Shown here: positions 37,186-50,439 of the stretch, piece after piece
Position numbering within the stretch: position 1 is the first letter of the stretch
How the letters are laid out: each line of letters begins with the position of its first letter
Source of the DNA: Lama glama
Lineage: Eukaryota
Direction: 5' to 3'
DNA: 64,000 nucleotides
NCBI GenBank assembly: GCA_028534125.1
Contig: CM052817.1
Span: 43,712,001 to 43,776,000, forward strand
Position numbers and translations under genes: made by a program
Notes under the pieces: model-generated
The model's database searches: none
What the model saw: only the letters and a program-made list of their open reading frames with translations
What the model was told of the DNA's origin: nothing

Positions 37186-38044
37186 GGGATACCGAGGAAC
37201 AACTGTACTTAAAGTGTAATTTGGTTTAATTTTGTAATTTGAAATGTTTACGTAAACATATATTTCAAACTTGTAATTGGACTGTCTTTATTTTTGTAGG
37301 GTTTGGGATAAAGTTGTAAGTGGATCCTGTTTGCAGTTTAGATTGGCCTAGATTAAATTTGACTAGGTAAAAAATTATCTTTGGGAAAATCAATATTTAT
37401 CAAATATTATCTACTTTCATATCCACACCTGTGTACAATATGTAAAATTATGTAAAATGTCAAGAAATAGATGGGGTAAGATTCACAGAATGGAGCCAGA
37501 AAAAGCCTACCTTTCTTTAAAATAGACTGATTTTGAAATGCTGTCTTTGGGACCTGGAATGCCAAACATCTCAACTTGGCATTTGAAAGCTTTTTTCTTC
37601 CCAAGACCGTCACATTCCTTTCTCTGTCTTCATGTTAAGGCTGGGTAGGAGGTTCATCAATTCCTGGGTATGATCCAAATCAGATTTGGATTTGTACCTA
37701 TGAGAACGCATGATCTTAGTGGTACCTGGTTCATCTCCAGTCCTCAGGGCTTAATGCTTATCATCATAATATTATGATAACAAAACACTGGCAAATATAA
37801 AGAAGTGTCATGTATTCTAGTCATATTAAAGATTTTAGAATAAATTTTCCCTTTTTTAGAAAAGTTCTTTGAGGGTAAAGTTTACATAAATCAAAGGAAC
37901 TACTGTTATAATTTCAAACAGAGTAAGTATCCGTCTACCCACAATGGTTTAAATATGTAGAGAAGAGATGGGAAGGCCATCTGAGACTCCCTCCAGCTCT
38001 AAGGCAGGTCCAGTTACCATGTTGTTTTGAATCCTCTTGCTCTC

Positions 38045-38170
38045 TGTTTTCTTAGGAAACTGAAGCCCAGAGAGGGCTAAGCAAATTGGTCAAGGTAACA
38101 CTGTAATGACTGAACTAAATTTAAACTCCAGTTTTTTCACTCCAAGTTCACTACTTTTTCTTGACATCTA
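38045..38170 (-). mobile_element. MIR fragment
   Basis: AGGAAACTGAAGCCCAGAGAGGGCTAAGCAAATTGGTCAAGGTAACAC. Confidence 0.7.
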
Positions 38171-39249
38171 ATTGCCTCACATTATTTCAGTTTCTTCTTT
38201 AGGACTCCTTGAATTCACTCTAAGTAATACCTCCCTTGTGGAAAAAAATAACAAAAATATGCCTTCTTAGTAAAAAAGAAGGATGTATATTCTACCCCGT
38301 AACTTCAAAAAAGGGGGTCATATTGTTTAGGTGAGAAGATCAAAAGCAACCATGTTAACTTTAAAGGGGAATAAATAAGTGATTAGATGGTATATTTGGA
38401 CTGCTGGAGAGGAAGAGATATGGGACTTTCTCTTGAGTGATTTATTTTAGTCTTTTATTTAAAGCAGCTCTTATTTTTAGGTTGTTTGATTAACAGCCAA
38501 ATTAGAAGATCAGCAAATTTCTCAGTGGACAATTTTAACTTTCCAGAATTGGAAATGCCCTTGCATTTTCACTACCCTCTTTAAAAATGAAACCAACCCC
38601 TTTTCAGGACACTGGTCCCATGACAGATCATCCCTAAGACCCCTAAATAAATCAGAACCAATTCAGCCATATTTTGGGCCCAGGGAGAGGGGTGGTAGTG
38701 GAGGGAAGTCTATGTATCACATTGCATGGTTCCAGTGCACTCTCCCTGCTCTCTTAGGTTAGTCATTTTCTATCAAAATTAGTCAGCCAGCTGCCTCAGA
38801 ACCTATGAAGCAGAATATTCCTTCTCTTCCTACCCATTGTTGGTTTTCATAAATCATACTGTGAGGCTAATGAAACTTATTTAAAAAAAAAAAAAAGGAA
38901 GTAGCCAATGGATTTAATGATTTCTTGTACAACCATGAACTTTGGCTGGCAAGACAAGCATTGAGCTCACAGAGAAATCAGTGCTCAGATGGAACCCAAA
39001 TAGGGCCAGGAGCAAAGGAAAAGAAGCCCCACCAAAAGGAACTTGGTTACTTCCCAGGAACCTGACTGTGAAAAGGCATAGTAAGTGGTAAAGGCCCTGC
39101 TCATCTAGACCACCATGGGTTCCCTGAGGTTCAAAGACAAGAATGGTATGTGGCCTCGCTTTCTGATGGTTTGTAGTCATTCCACTTCCCATACCCATGT
39201 GCCTTTTTTGAGAGAATAGTAAAGAGTACACACATATTTAGGATTCTCC

Positions 39250-39722
39250 TTACTCTCAGGAGGTGTGGATGTGGTTCCAGGGGATCTGTTTCTCCCACTG
39301 AATTCAGAGGTTGAGAATGTGACCTATTCTAAGCCAATCTCTGTGTTCTATTTCTTGGTCACAGTATTGGTTCAGGCCAATCAGTCCCAACTACCCTAAA
39401 TTCTGGGGCCTCTCTTTGAGTTTTTTGGGAGAGACTATTCCTTCTGTTGGACTAAGAGACATGAAGGAAACTGGAGCTGTCAAGAAGACAAGTTTGGAGC
39501 CTGAGGGTGGAGCCAATGTAGCAGAGGACAGCTCAGACAGAGCTGGAGATCAGACAGAAGATGGAGACAGAGTTTCCATGGCACTATTTGAACCTCAAAT
39601 CCTGCCTCACCTAAAGCCCATGGATTTTTCAGTTACACAGACCAATAAATCACCTTCTCTGTTAAACATATTTAATTTGGTCCTCCATCACTGGCAACAG
39701 AAAGAGTCCAAACTGATATACA
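39250..39722 (+). mobile_element. Old MaLR LTR (MLT1K/L-like)
   Basis: TGTGACC..AAGCCAATC..GATTTTTCAGTTACACAGACCAATAAATCACC..GCAACAGAAAGAGTCCAAACTGATATACA. Confidence 0.75.
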
Positions 39723-40302
39723 TTTCATTTACACAAATTTCTTTGTGTAAACTATAAAATATAAATGCATTCATATTTCTAACCATTCTATTGGGAGATA
39801 ATTTGCCAAATCTGTTGAAACAGATATTTTTGGACATATATCTGGGACAAACAGAAGCAACTAGTACTCTGTAAAATATGAAACTATACAACATTACTTT
39901 TGCACCAAAGCATTATTACAATCAGAACTCCTGCACACGCACATCACTGACCATCACTGGGATCCAACCAATCTGAGGTCAGCCCAGACTGTCATATGCA
40001 GAGAGCTGTTTACTTATATGAGCAATCAGAATCCAGTAATTAAACTGAGTAGTAGATGATGCTTCACTTTATAAGCAATGTAAATCAATTTAGAAGTGAA
40101 TTGCCAGTGATTAGAGACTAGTAACGAAATAATAAGGCTATACAAAAACAGTGACTGTAAAAAAAACCAGAACATTTGATTTGGGCCATGAAAAAAAGCA
40201 TATCTTATATGTGATTAATTTATGACTTTCTGTCTTAAATCCTGATTGCTCTGAAGATCCCCTGATGGAAGGGCAGGGGAAGGAACATTTATTCTAAGTG
40301 TC

Positions 40303-40890
40303 TGTTATCAGTCAGGAAGATTTCTGTAGCACAAACACAATTTAAACTGGCTTAGAGAATAAGGGAATCTACTGACTCACATAACCAGAAAGACTAGAGA
40401 GCAAACTTCAGGGGCAGTTTGAGCAAAAGGCTTATAACATCATCAGGGCCACTGCTTCCCATTTTTCGCACTTCCCTTGACTTTGCTCTCTTTCTTGCAT
40501 AGGCTTTTTAGTTAGGCTGGTTTTCCTTACATAGCAAGGTAACTACCAGCAGCTTCGAGGACCAAATGCTTTCTCATTTACACTGGAGGCAGGAGGACTT
40601 TCCCTTCCTTCCCATCAAAATACCGAATTCTTAGGCTTCACACTGAGACTTTCCCACCTCTGGGGAAAAAAAAAATTACTGTGGCCAGACAAGTCATCAT
40701 CACAGCAATTTTAGACCTGGGAAATGAGCCTGCGCCTAAACCAGTAACACAGGGACAGCTAGATTAATGAGAACACACCTTTAGAGCTAGCGAAGAAGTT
40801 GATCCCACCAAGCCATATGATTTCTACCCAAGACAAGAGGGTGAAGTGGCTATTCTGGGGGCAACCACTATGTTTTTTCCCACCATGTGC
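40303..40890 (-). mobile_element. Old MaLR LTR (MLT1K/L-like)
   Basis: TCAGTCAGGAAGA..AAACTGGCTTAGAGAATAAGGGAATCTACTGACTCACATAACCAGAAAG..CTTCAGGGGCAG. Confidence 0.7.
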
Positions 40891-41713
40891 CAGACCAAAC
40901 CTAATCAACAGGATGGGCTCTCTGGGCAGTTGCCTAGGGTGCCAGTCTATAGGGAGCCTTCACAGGAATGGTACCGAGACAGAGAAAATTGTTCAGGCCA
41001 TCCCGTATGAGGGTCATTAAGCCTTGCATAATCCAGGCCAGTCTTCGCACAGGAACACATGGAAACTAGGGAGAGATGAACGCTCACAGCATAGCCATCT
41101 ACCACTATTGCTGCCTATCTTTGCCTTCTCAAGGTTATCTCTAATATTTCAGAGCTTGCTTTCTCCAAAAGTAACAGCATAGTGTGTTAGGGTGTTTGGC
41201 CTTATTTTAGCATGTCTAACTTCTATTCCAAAGATACTGATTTTCAGGCTCATTTTTTTCAGTACTATTATTTGGACCATATTCAAATGAATGCTTAGAT
41301 GGCATCACCATCACATATTAAAAATATTTTAAGATCATAGTAACAGTGAATGTTAAAATAAAGGCAAAATAGTTCCTCACAGTTACAAAGTACTTGTAGC
41401 AGACACTTGTGGTGTCTAGGTCACATCTCCTAACTCCATCTCTGATCTCCAGTGGAACTGACAGTCTCACCTCAAACATCACCAGCAGTCTATCCATTTT
41501 CCATCTCCAGGCCTTCTATGAAATCTCAAGCTACAGGCACCTACTTGGCCCAGAGACAAGCAAAGCCAGGAAATGTAATCGGTGCTCAATAAACATTTGT
41601 TAAATGAGTAGGTACTGAAGGAGCATAATAGACTGCCATTAAACTGCCTCATCAGTAGACACACTGCAGGGCTCTTGCCATGCTGTTCAGAATCTGAACT
41701 CCTTGGGGCATAA

Positions 41714-42135
41714 CAACGCTGTCCAGCAGAATGTTCTGTAGCGATGGAAGCTCTGTATCAGTGCTGTCCAGTACAATAGCTACTACCCACATGTGGCTAC
41801 TAAGCACCTGAAAAAGGGCTAGTGTGAGTATGTAAGTATATTTTTAAAATATAATTTAACCTTTTTATTGGGGTATAATGGACATGTAACATTATATTAG
41901 TTTCAGATGTACAACATAATGATTCGCTATTTGTATACATTGCAAAACAATCACCACAATACGTCTAGTTATCATCCATCACCATTCATAGCTATAAAAT
42001 ATTTTTTCTTGTGATAAGAGCTTTTAGGATTTATTTTCTTAGCAACTTTCAAATACACAATGCAATAATACTAACTATGAATTTGCATTTAAATTTAAAT
42101 GGCCACATGTGTCTAAGAACTACCCTATTGCACAC
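41714..42135. mobile_element. hAT-Charlie MER3-like element split by an L1 fragment
   Basis: GCTGTCCAGCAGAATGTTCTGTAGCGATGG..CACATGTGGCTACTAAGCAC (41714-41860) resumes as TTTAAATTTAAATGGCCACATGTG..ACCCTATTGCACA (42079-42135). Confidence 0.8.
41861..42078 (-). mobile_element. L1MA-like 3' end
   Basis: TTTTTATTGGGGTATAATGGACATGTAACATTATATTAGTTTCAGATGTACAACATAATGATTC..CTTAGCAACTTTCAAATACACAA. Confidence 0.85.
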
Positions 42136-44220
42136 CCCAGGAAAGGAAATGCCACTTACTCCTAAAAAAGGTCCTCTTACTCCTTGCCACACTCAGCTGG
42201 AGATGTATTCATTTTGTAACAGTTCATGGATGCACAAAATTATTAGTCTCTTTAGGAAACCCACATGGCTTGAGTCAGCCCCATGCCAGGCACTGTACAA
42301 GACTTTTATTTGATTCAAAGTCAAAACCTAGCAAAAACAGGCATGTAGAACCAAGAACCTTGTGTGGTTACCTTGGCTTGGGTTTATGATGAGCTCTGAA
42401 CACAGACTTTCACTGCTGGATTTCTTTGTGTTAGGTAGACAGATGGAGGAGGATGTGACTGAGAAATGCATTGTGACAGTTGAAGTCCAGCCCTTTCATA
42501 TGCATTTACATTTAAATAAGAAAAAAGTGCTGCTTTAAAACAACCATTCATGTCTAGGTAAACATCTCTGAATCCTTTATTATTTAAAAAAGTCCTTTTC
42601 CTAAGAAAAGAAATCTCCATTTTGTGTAGATGTCAGTGTTCAGAATGCAAAGACTGAACCTCTGGTTTCAAAGAAGTTTCTAAACTTGGCAAGCCCTGTT
42701 CCCCATCACTAATAATAAAAAATGCTTTGTGCACACACTCCTTGCTCTGTGTGGTTCACAGAGAGGTCATAACGGGCGACAGGTGCTCAGAGGTTCTATT
42801 TTCAGCTCTCTCATTGACTCAGTCTCTGACCTCAGAAAAGTTGGGGTAGATTTAGACCACAGGTTCCTGGGTGCACATCAGAATGTTTACTCAAAACTCT
42901 TAACAGCAGCACTTTTGGTTCTGCTTTGATGAAACAGGGCAGGGCCCAGCCACTTAACATCTTGACCCATGCTGGCTTTCCAGGGACCACTTTCTGACAT
43001 CACTATCCAAGAGATTCACCTTTCCCTCTTTTCTTCTCCTCCCATCCCTTTCTCTCCCCAACCTTACTTTCCCACAGTGGTTGCTTATCACATACCCACT
43101 CAGCCAACCAGTTAATAGCAAAGATGACTGTGATATAACTTCAGATCTTGGAGGTACAAATTAACAAAATTCAAGCTGGTAAGTCTCAAATACACAGTCT
43201 CATTACTTAAACCTGCTTGAAGCAGCTGAGCACAATGGTGACATTCTTTGTATGAACCAGAAGACTCTATCTCTGCACAAAGGCAATTTTCCCAAAAGCA
43301 CGAGGAGACCTTATGCTACAGACCCAAATTCTCAGTTTTACTGCACTCGTCACAGTCCCCCCAGATCCAGATGCCAATCTGCATCTCTTTGTTAAGGTTT
43401 CCCCTTCTAGGGCATCTTCTGGATTAAATCTACTGCAGGTTCCAGTAGTTGTGGCTCTGAGAGGATTGGGGAAATTCTGTCATCCTCATGCAGTCCAAGA
43501 ACTATGGGAAGAGGGCAACATGAAACCTCAAGCCAACTCCCAAGGGCATATTTTCAAAAGTTAGGTGTTGCCGCCTCGATGGCTTTTACTATTGAGTGAC
43601 CTGAATTGCTACTGGAGGGTTCTGAGCAGAGGGACAGTAAAGGAGATTGAACTTTTCAAGCTTCCTCTGCTGGGTTTGGATCTCCAACTATTACTCAGCC
43701 CTGTATTTCCCACTGCTGTGTTCTGCCAGTCTGATGGGAAATGTTATTCTTGTTCTGCCTACTGGACTCAGTTCCTCTCCCTCCCCACTTATAATAAGCT
43801 CTGTCCCTCCATCTCTGTTTCCAGACTCTCCCTTAGCCACATGGACTCTCTACCTGCTGACCCCAGCTTCTCTCTTTTTGGCAACTCTGCTGCGAACAAT
43901 ATAGCCAGACTTGGCTGTTTCCTTGTTAACATAAACAATGTAATAGGTTATCATCTGAAAGCATTATTGAGTATGTGTTCGACATGGCATGGAATTCTCA
44001 CCTTTTTCTCGGAGATCCCCTGGCCAGGATGACCCATATCTGTGAGAGGTCCCTCTCCCACACTGGCACCTTGACCTTGCTGAGCCTGTTGCCCAGCTTC
44101 TCATCTTTACAGTCTGCTTTGTAGAGATGTGCCCGCACTTTACTGTATGTGAATCCCTGCCTTTTGGGTGTTATTTAGGAAAAAATAGCTGAACTAATTT
44201 ATTATTGAAAATTAACTCTT

Positions 44221-44419
44221 CTTATATATAAAAATAGGTTTAAAAAACAAGTTTCTTCTGTACAGCACAGGGAACTATATTCAATATCTTGCAATAACCT
44301 TTAATGAAAAAGAATATGAAAAGGAATATAGGTATGTATATGCATGACTGGGATATTGTGCTGTACACCAGAAATTGACACACTGTAACTGACTGTACTT
44401 CAATTAAAAAAGAAAGAAA
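44221..44419 (+). mobile_element. Short young L1 3'UTR insertion
   Basis: GTACAGCACAGGGAACTATATTCAATATCTTG..CTGTACACCAGAAATTGACAC; perfect 14-bp TSD GAAAATTAACTCTT at 44207-44220 and 44420-44433. Confidence 0.95.
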
Positions 44420-47400
44420 GAAAATTAACTCTTGATACAGTTATAGAAAATCTGGAAAATATAGAAAGGCTTAAATGGGAAAAATATTTGCAAACTTCTC
44501 TAATCCCACTAACCAAATATAAATGCATTTTCCAAAATTATATATGTATGTATAGTATGTTATATAAAATTACAATATATTATGTATATCTATATTTGTG
44601 TTCTGCTTTTTTTCACATAAAATGGGCATTTCCCCATCACGGTAAAGAAAAATTTTCAGTAGCTTCACTGGATTCCACTGTGTGATTGCATCATTATTTA
44701 ATCAATTTCTTGCTTAAGCATTTTTATTATTTCCAAGTTTTTGATATTGCAAATATGTTAAAACAAATGATCTATATATAAATATCTGAAGGGGTCTCTG
44801 ACAACTTCATTCCATTAAATTTCCAGAAGGGGAATTACTGAGTCAAGGGCTAAAAGCATATTTAGGACAGGCTGAGACTCTTTAAATGAAGACTCCAAAT
44901 CTGAACAGGAGTGAACAGAGTCACAAAGGACTGTCCAGTCCCCTCAGGATCCTGACCATGGGCAGGAAGTAAAGTTGAAGAGGGCATTCTAGGAATTCCC
45001 AGGTAAATTAAGATTCTAATTTATTTAAACTGATTTCTAAAGACCTGCACCTGCTGAAGCATATTAGTGAAAGTTGATGAAGTAGCTTCAGCTCTCAGGG
45101 ATAGCAGATGGATAAACACACCAGGCCTCGCAACACTGCTGGCTTCCAAGTTCTTTTAAATAAGTAATGGGCATCAGGCAAAAAGGTAATCATCTTCGAC
45201 CCCCCCTCTCTCAGCCCATACAGTGAGAAACCGGTTGACCTTTGCTCTGATTCCTAATTAAATTCTGAGGTTATACTAAATCTGAAGAGCAGCTATTCAA
45301 TGGCAATGAAAAATCTGTAAAGCATTAATAGTCTATCAGGAATAGGTGAGAACAGCAAACTGCTCAAGTACTTGCAACATCAGCAAAAGAAGGAGAGTTG
45401 GATTTTATGCAGACACATCACAGCAGAGAATCAGAGGGTGATTTTTCTCCCCTTGAATTCTGTACAATTGTTTTCTGAGTGATTACTCTCCTACCACCAT
45501 ACATGGATCCTCAAAACGCATACACCTGTGATGCAAATCAAACTATTTCCCTCTTTCAGATAAGGCCATGCAGACAAACAGATTATTCCATTCGTCCCAA
45601 ATCATCTATGTGAGCTAGATTCGTTTCCTTCAACTTTTATTTTAATACCTCCTATGGGTCAGGCACTGAGCTTTTCGGGGGGATTTGCAAAGCGGATTAA
45701 AACAGGATCTCTGACTTGAGGAAGCAAAGTCTAGTCATAGAAGCAAAAACTCTGATGTGTACAAGTATACTTAGGGAGCAGTAGAAGCAGCAATATATTG
45801 AGAAGGAAGTAAGCTAAACAAAGCCTTGACATCAACATTTGTTGGTAGGCAAAAACTACAAATGCATCAGGAATATGATAACCAAAAAATATATATATAA
45901 ATGTGGATGTAGTGCACTAATTCATTCTCACTATTGACCCTGGAGATCAGATATATTTACCCCCAAATCAAGGCCTATAAAGACGAATAACTACTCTTTG
46001 GATCTTTTTTCAATGTAATACTCTTCATAAAAGCTCACAATAAACATCAATGTCCATGTAATTAAAATCAGGGCCTTTATTCACAAAACAGGATAATGCC
46101 ACATCATACAAGATGCTGGTCCAAGAAATACAGATTGAAATGGGCAGATCTGTTTGCAATTACAAATGCCTTAGGGAAATAGTTAACTCTAGCTAATTCA
46201 GTGATAGACTAGAGTTTATGATTATCTAGATACTTGTCCTCTCTCCTACTCTCTCCTTCACATTGCTTGGCCTATCTCATTTGCTATTTACTACTTTCAA
46301 CAGGGCTTGTAGAGCAGTAGAAAGGTGAGGTCAAACATCCATAGCGGTTCTAATGAAAGGGATTGATAGAAGATAAAACCGAAGCATATACAATAATATT
46401 TTAAAAGTTTGGAAATTATTATAGAATTTTAACTAACTTTGACACTTCCAAGGCTTTTTACCTGAAGAATGGAAAATAAGCTATTGCTGCCACTAAACAT
46501 GAATAAGCCTGAGTTTTCCAAATTTAACTGTCTAGTCGCTATTCAAATGTAAGCTGCTTGTGTTATATTTTTAGAGGGGTCCAGAAAGTCCAGGGTCCCT
46601 GCTTAGCTTTAGAAAATTGAATGAATGTCACTGTCATGGAACATTTTCAAGCAATAATGGTCTCCCTACCGCTAGACAATTGCTGAAGCAAATCCGCTGA
46701 TGAGAAATAAATGGGGAAGCAAAGCAGTGGGTATTTCCAGAGCTGGAAACACTGACTCTTTCAAGGCACTCAATCATTCCGACTTTGTTTCTGTTTCTCA
46801 GGAAGTGAGTGATGAAAAATGAATTGTGTTAGGTCAATAGATGCTGGCGGGATCCATACATGCTTTTGCATCATACTCTCACTTGATGGCTGCTGTCAAG
46901 AAGACAAGCTTATAAAGCAGGACCACAGCGAGAGCAGCACTCCCGCCAGAGAGAAGGCAGTCTGCTCTGGCTGGCTCATCTATTTTATGTTATAGATCAA
47001 TGTTTATTCATCTTCATTTCTGATGCTATCTTTGGTTGAAGAAACAAGGCTCAGCAATTTGGGATCACCTAGCCATCTGAATCAGCTGTCACAATACTGG
47101 TTTGAGAGTTTCAAAGATAAGCTGACGCTTTACTTCTTCAAAGGAATGGTTCTTATCATGCTTAATCAAAGAGTTACTGTGTCTCATGCATTGATGGCTA
47201 GGACTTCATGCACTATGACTCAAGTGTTCAGCCCTATCTCATGGAGCCATTCACTTCATGTTGGTTGGAGGTCCATCCAAGAAAACTAAATTCTTGCCTC
47301 AGCATTATCTTGCAAAGTAAAATCTGAGTGTGCGCTTACAAGTTCCTGCTGTATCACTTTGCAATCTTAGTAGAAAGGAAAGAAATGCATTCCCTATATT

Positions 47401-47849
47401 GTTGAGCTGTGACTTCATAACAGACCTACAGCATAGTCATGTAATTTTAATATCTCAAACACACAAACAGACAAAAAAAGCACTCCCCAAATCTTGGATG
47501 CTGGGGAGAAAAAGACTTTTAAAAAAGGACTTCTAGTGAATTCCTATGTCTAGCTAACACACCAGCTGCTCCCATTTTCTTTTTCCCTTGCTTCTTCAAC
47601 TACATAGCCAGTACCTCTTCAGCCTCATGCTTGTCAGTGAGATCCAAATGAAAACATGAACCAATAAACGTGCTTAATTATCTCCAATGAAAGAAAGAAA
47701 GGTAGGAAGAAAGAGAGAATGGAAGAAAATAGAAAAACATACAGAATCCTTCCCTCCATCCTGCATCCCTTTATCAATATTCGGGGAGGAGTAGACATTC
47801 TCCTGAGTAGAGTTACCCAGCACTCATCTCCTCCTGCCTAAGCTTTCAG

Positions 47850-48295
47850 TGTGGGGTCCACCCCATTCCTGAGGGTCTTATGCTTGTGGGAAGCTGACTC
47901 TATTCCCAGATCTAGACTCATCCTCTTTGCCAAAGTTCAGATAAACTAGTTTAGGAAAATAAGAAATTTTCCTGTCCATGAGGATTAGGTCATGAATGGG
48001 CTGAGATAACTTGGCTTTCTCTCTCTTCTAAGAAAGCCTCCAAAAGGCCACCAGCACACTTTCTCTTTCTGGATCTTGTGTTCTTCTGAGCTAAGTCCTG
48101 TTACAGTCATTTTGTCACCTGGAAGAAAACCAAACTTGAAATAATCTGACACTATGGAAAGCAGAATTGCAAGATGATCATAAACTTTAAAAATGACACT
48201 GCCAAGCCTAACACCTGCCCTACTCTGAATTTTCCAGGTATGTGAGCCAATGAATTCCTTTATTATTTGAATTCAATTCTCTGTTACTGACACCA
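47850..48295 (+). mobile_element. Old MaLR LTR (MLT1-type), degraded
   Basis: CCTGCCCTACTCTGAATTTTCCAGGTATGTGAGCCAATGAATTCCTTTA..TCTGTTACT. Confidence 0.55.
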
Positions 48296-48349
48296 AAAAA
48301 AAAAAAATTAAAGAAAAACCGTACATCATAAGAGGTTTTTATAGTATGT

Positions 48350-49050
48350 CCTAAATATGTTCTTTATCTACTGCCTTCTCTCCTTCCCTAATTGTCACTG
48401 CCCATGTTCAAGCCTTACCACCTTTCTCCTTAATTTTACCATATAATACTTAGCAAGTTTCTCTGACTTTAATTTCTTTCAACCTTTTGATTACATAGCC
48501 ATCAGATGCTCATTTTAATATGGAAATCTGATCACCGCAGTTCCTTCCCCAGGACTCCTCTCATGAAGCTCCATCGTACACAAGATGAAATTTAAATCCC
48601 TGATCCTAGTTTGCAAGTGCGTAATGATCTCCTTCCTGCCTGCCCGTCCAGTTTCATCACTAACCATTCCCTCTGCCACACCTCTCCCAAAACACACGTA
48701 AGAACTCACCACATTCTCGAAATTCTGAATTACATGTAGTTCTTAAACACATGTACCTCTTTTGTTTTGGTAATTGCTCATCTGCTATTCCCTCTGCTGG
48801 AATTCTAGAACTCTCTCCCACTGCTTATCCAATGGGTAAATTAATGTTCATCCTAGCCCAACCTCTTCTATGAAGCTTATTCCAATTTTTCCATATTATC
48901 CAAATATGACTATTTTCATACAAGACCAAGCTTTTTGAAAGCAGGAACTATGTTTAATTCACCTTTATAACCCTGCTGCTTAGCAATCAGTATCTGGCAT
49001 AGGTCCTCTATGTCTGAATAAAGAATAAATGCAAGTCATAAATGGATGAA
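48350..49050 (+). mobile_element. L2 LINE 3' region
   Basis: AAATCTGATCAC..AAATCCCTGATCCTAG..GCTATTCCCTCTGCTGGAAT..AAGCTTTTTGAAAGCAGGAACTATG..TGAATAAAGAATAAATG. Confidence 0.8.
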
Positions 49051-49194
49051 TCAGCTACAAAGACTGAACTCTTACTTGGATTATTGGATCTACATGATAA
49101 ATAGTTGATTAAAATAATAACCATTAAGAAGCTGACTAAGCCCTTCTGATGCCTTCCCCAGAGCCTTCATCCCTGAGAGGAATTTTCGTAACTG

Positions 49195-49620
49195 CTGCAG
49201 ATACTGTTTTTGTCCTCCTGGAATGCTTTCCTACTCCCCCTCCTTCTTCTAGAATTACTCCCTGATCTTGACCTAAGAGGCAGATATGTGATCCTAGGCC
49301 AGTTTTGTTTTCTTTCTTTTCTCTTTTTATCTTGTGGGCCAGTTTTTCTCTTCCAAGAATTTGACTCTTAAGCAGAGACCTCTAGGACCTACCTGAGTCA
49401 GCTGATGGAAACATACTTGATAGCCATATCTGTGAACTTCTAAGGCTGAGAAATCTGGAGTTATTTTGATTCTTGACCTTTCCAAAGCTTCCTAAAGTTT
49501 AGTTGTCTGGTACTTCTATTCTGTGGCCTACTTCCAGTGTCCTTCCCATAAATCACCTTTTTTTTGTTAAAAAAGAATTGGATCTGTTTCTTGTAGCCAC
49601 AGAATTTTAACTGATGATAC
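49195..49620 (+). mobile_element. Old ERV-L/MaLR-class LTR (LTR33-like)
   Basis: 3' part CCAGTGTCCTTCCCATAAATCACCTTTTTTTG..TTTCTTGTAGCCACAGAATTTTAACTGA. Confidence 0.5.
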
Positions 49621-50439
49621 TTTTTCAATACATGGTAATTTAGGGTACTATACTGTAAGGTAACATAAATAGAACATACATTACTTTTGATCAATAAGTC
49701 AGGCTATTTCCCACCATGCCAGGAAATACCTAGCCCAGTGCCTCACATACAATAATAAATACTTGCTGAATGAATATACTTCCAGGTGTGGGGATTTAGG
49801 GACTGATGATGTCACCACAGGAAATGGGGCAAAGGTCTTTTGACTGTTAACATTATTCTACCTCTCCCATTCCTTCATTTAAAAATCATTTAGTGACCAC
49901 ACAGCAGGTCTTCAAGGAGCTTCCACTCTAGTTAAGTTAAATCATGGAATTAAGAACAGACACAATCCTGAGCTCTTAGAGTTGTTACTGCAGTACAATA
50001 AAATACATGCAATAAGTACTAATATTAGGTAAGCAGATGGTACAGTGAGAGTTCACAGGTGTAGCACCTAGTTCAGACTTTTGCATTCAGGGAAGATTTC
50101 CTGAAAGAAGTGAAATCTAGTTTGAGACCTGAACAGGAGATTATCTGGCAAAGTGGTTGGGAAGGATTATTCCAAACAGGAGTCACACGTACAAAGGCTA
50201 GAGGAGAAAAAGCATGATATCTTCGGGAAACCACCACAAATATCATTATGTATGGAACTGAGGGTGGGGTTGAGACGAGCCTAGAGAGTTAGGTACAGAG
50301 AGTATCATGGATCTTGAAGGCTGAGGCAACATGGAACCAACCAAAGATCTTAAACAATGAAATAATAAAATTGATACAGATACACTGGGAAGAACAGGTA
50401 GGAATAGGAGAAGCTGCAGAAAGTGAAACTACTTAAATC

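Noticed and set aside
37300..37367. TTTTTGTAG|...|GTAAAA exon-like segment
   Set aside because: Weak donor and stops in all frames; indistinguishable from background.
37673..37691. Perfect short palindrome ATCCAAATC-A-GATTTGGAT
   Set aside because: A single 9-bp stem in 64 kb of AT-rich DNA is compatible with chance; no supporting context.
43565..44032. 155-aa ORF
   Set aside because: Non-ATG start, no recognisable domain, Leu/Ser-rich composition typical of non-coding or old LTR-like sequence.
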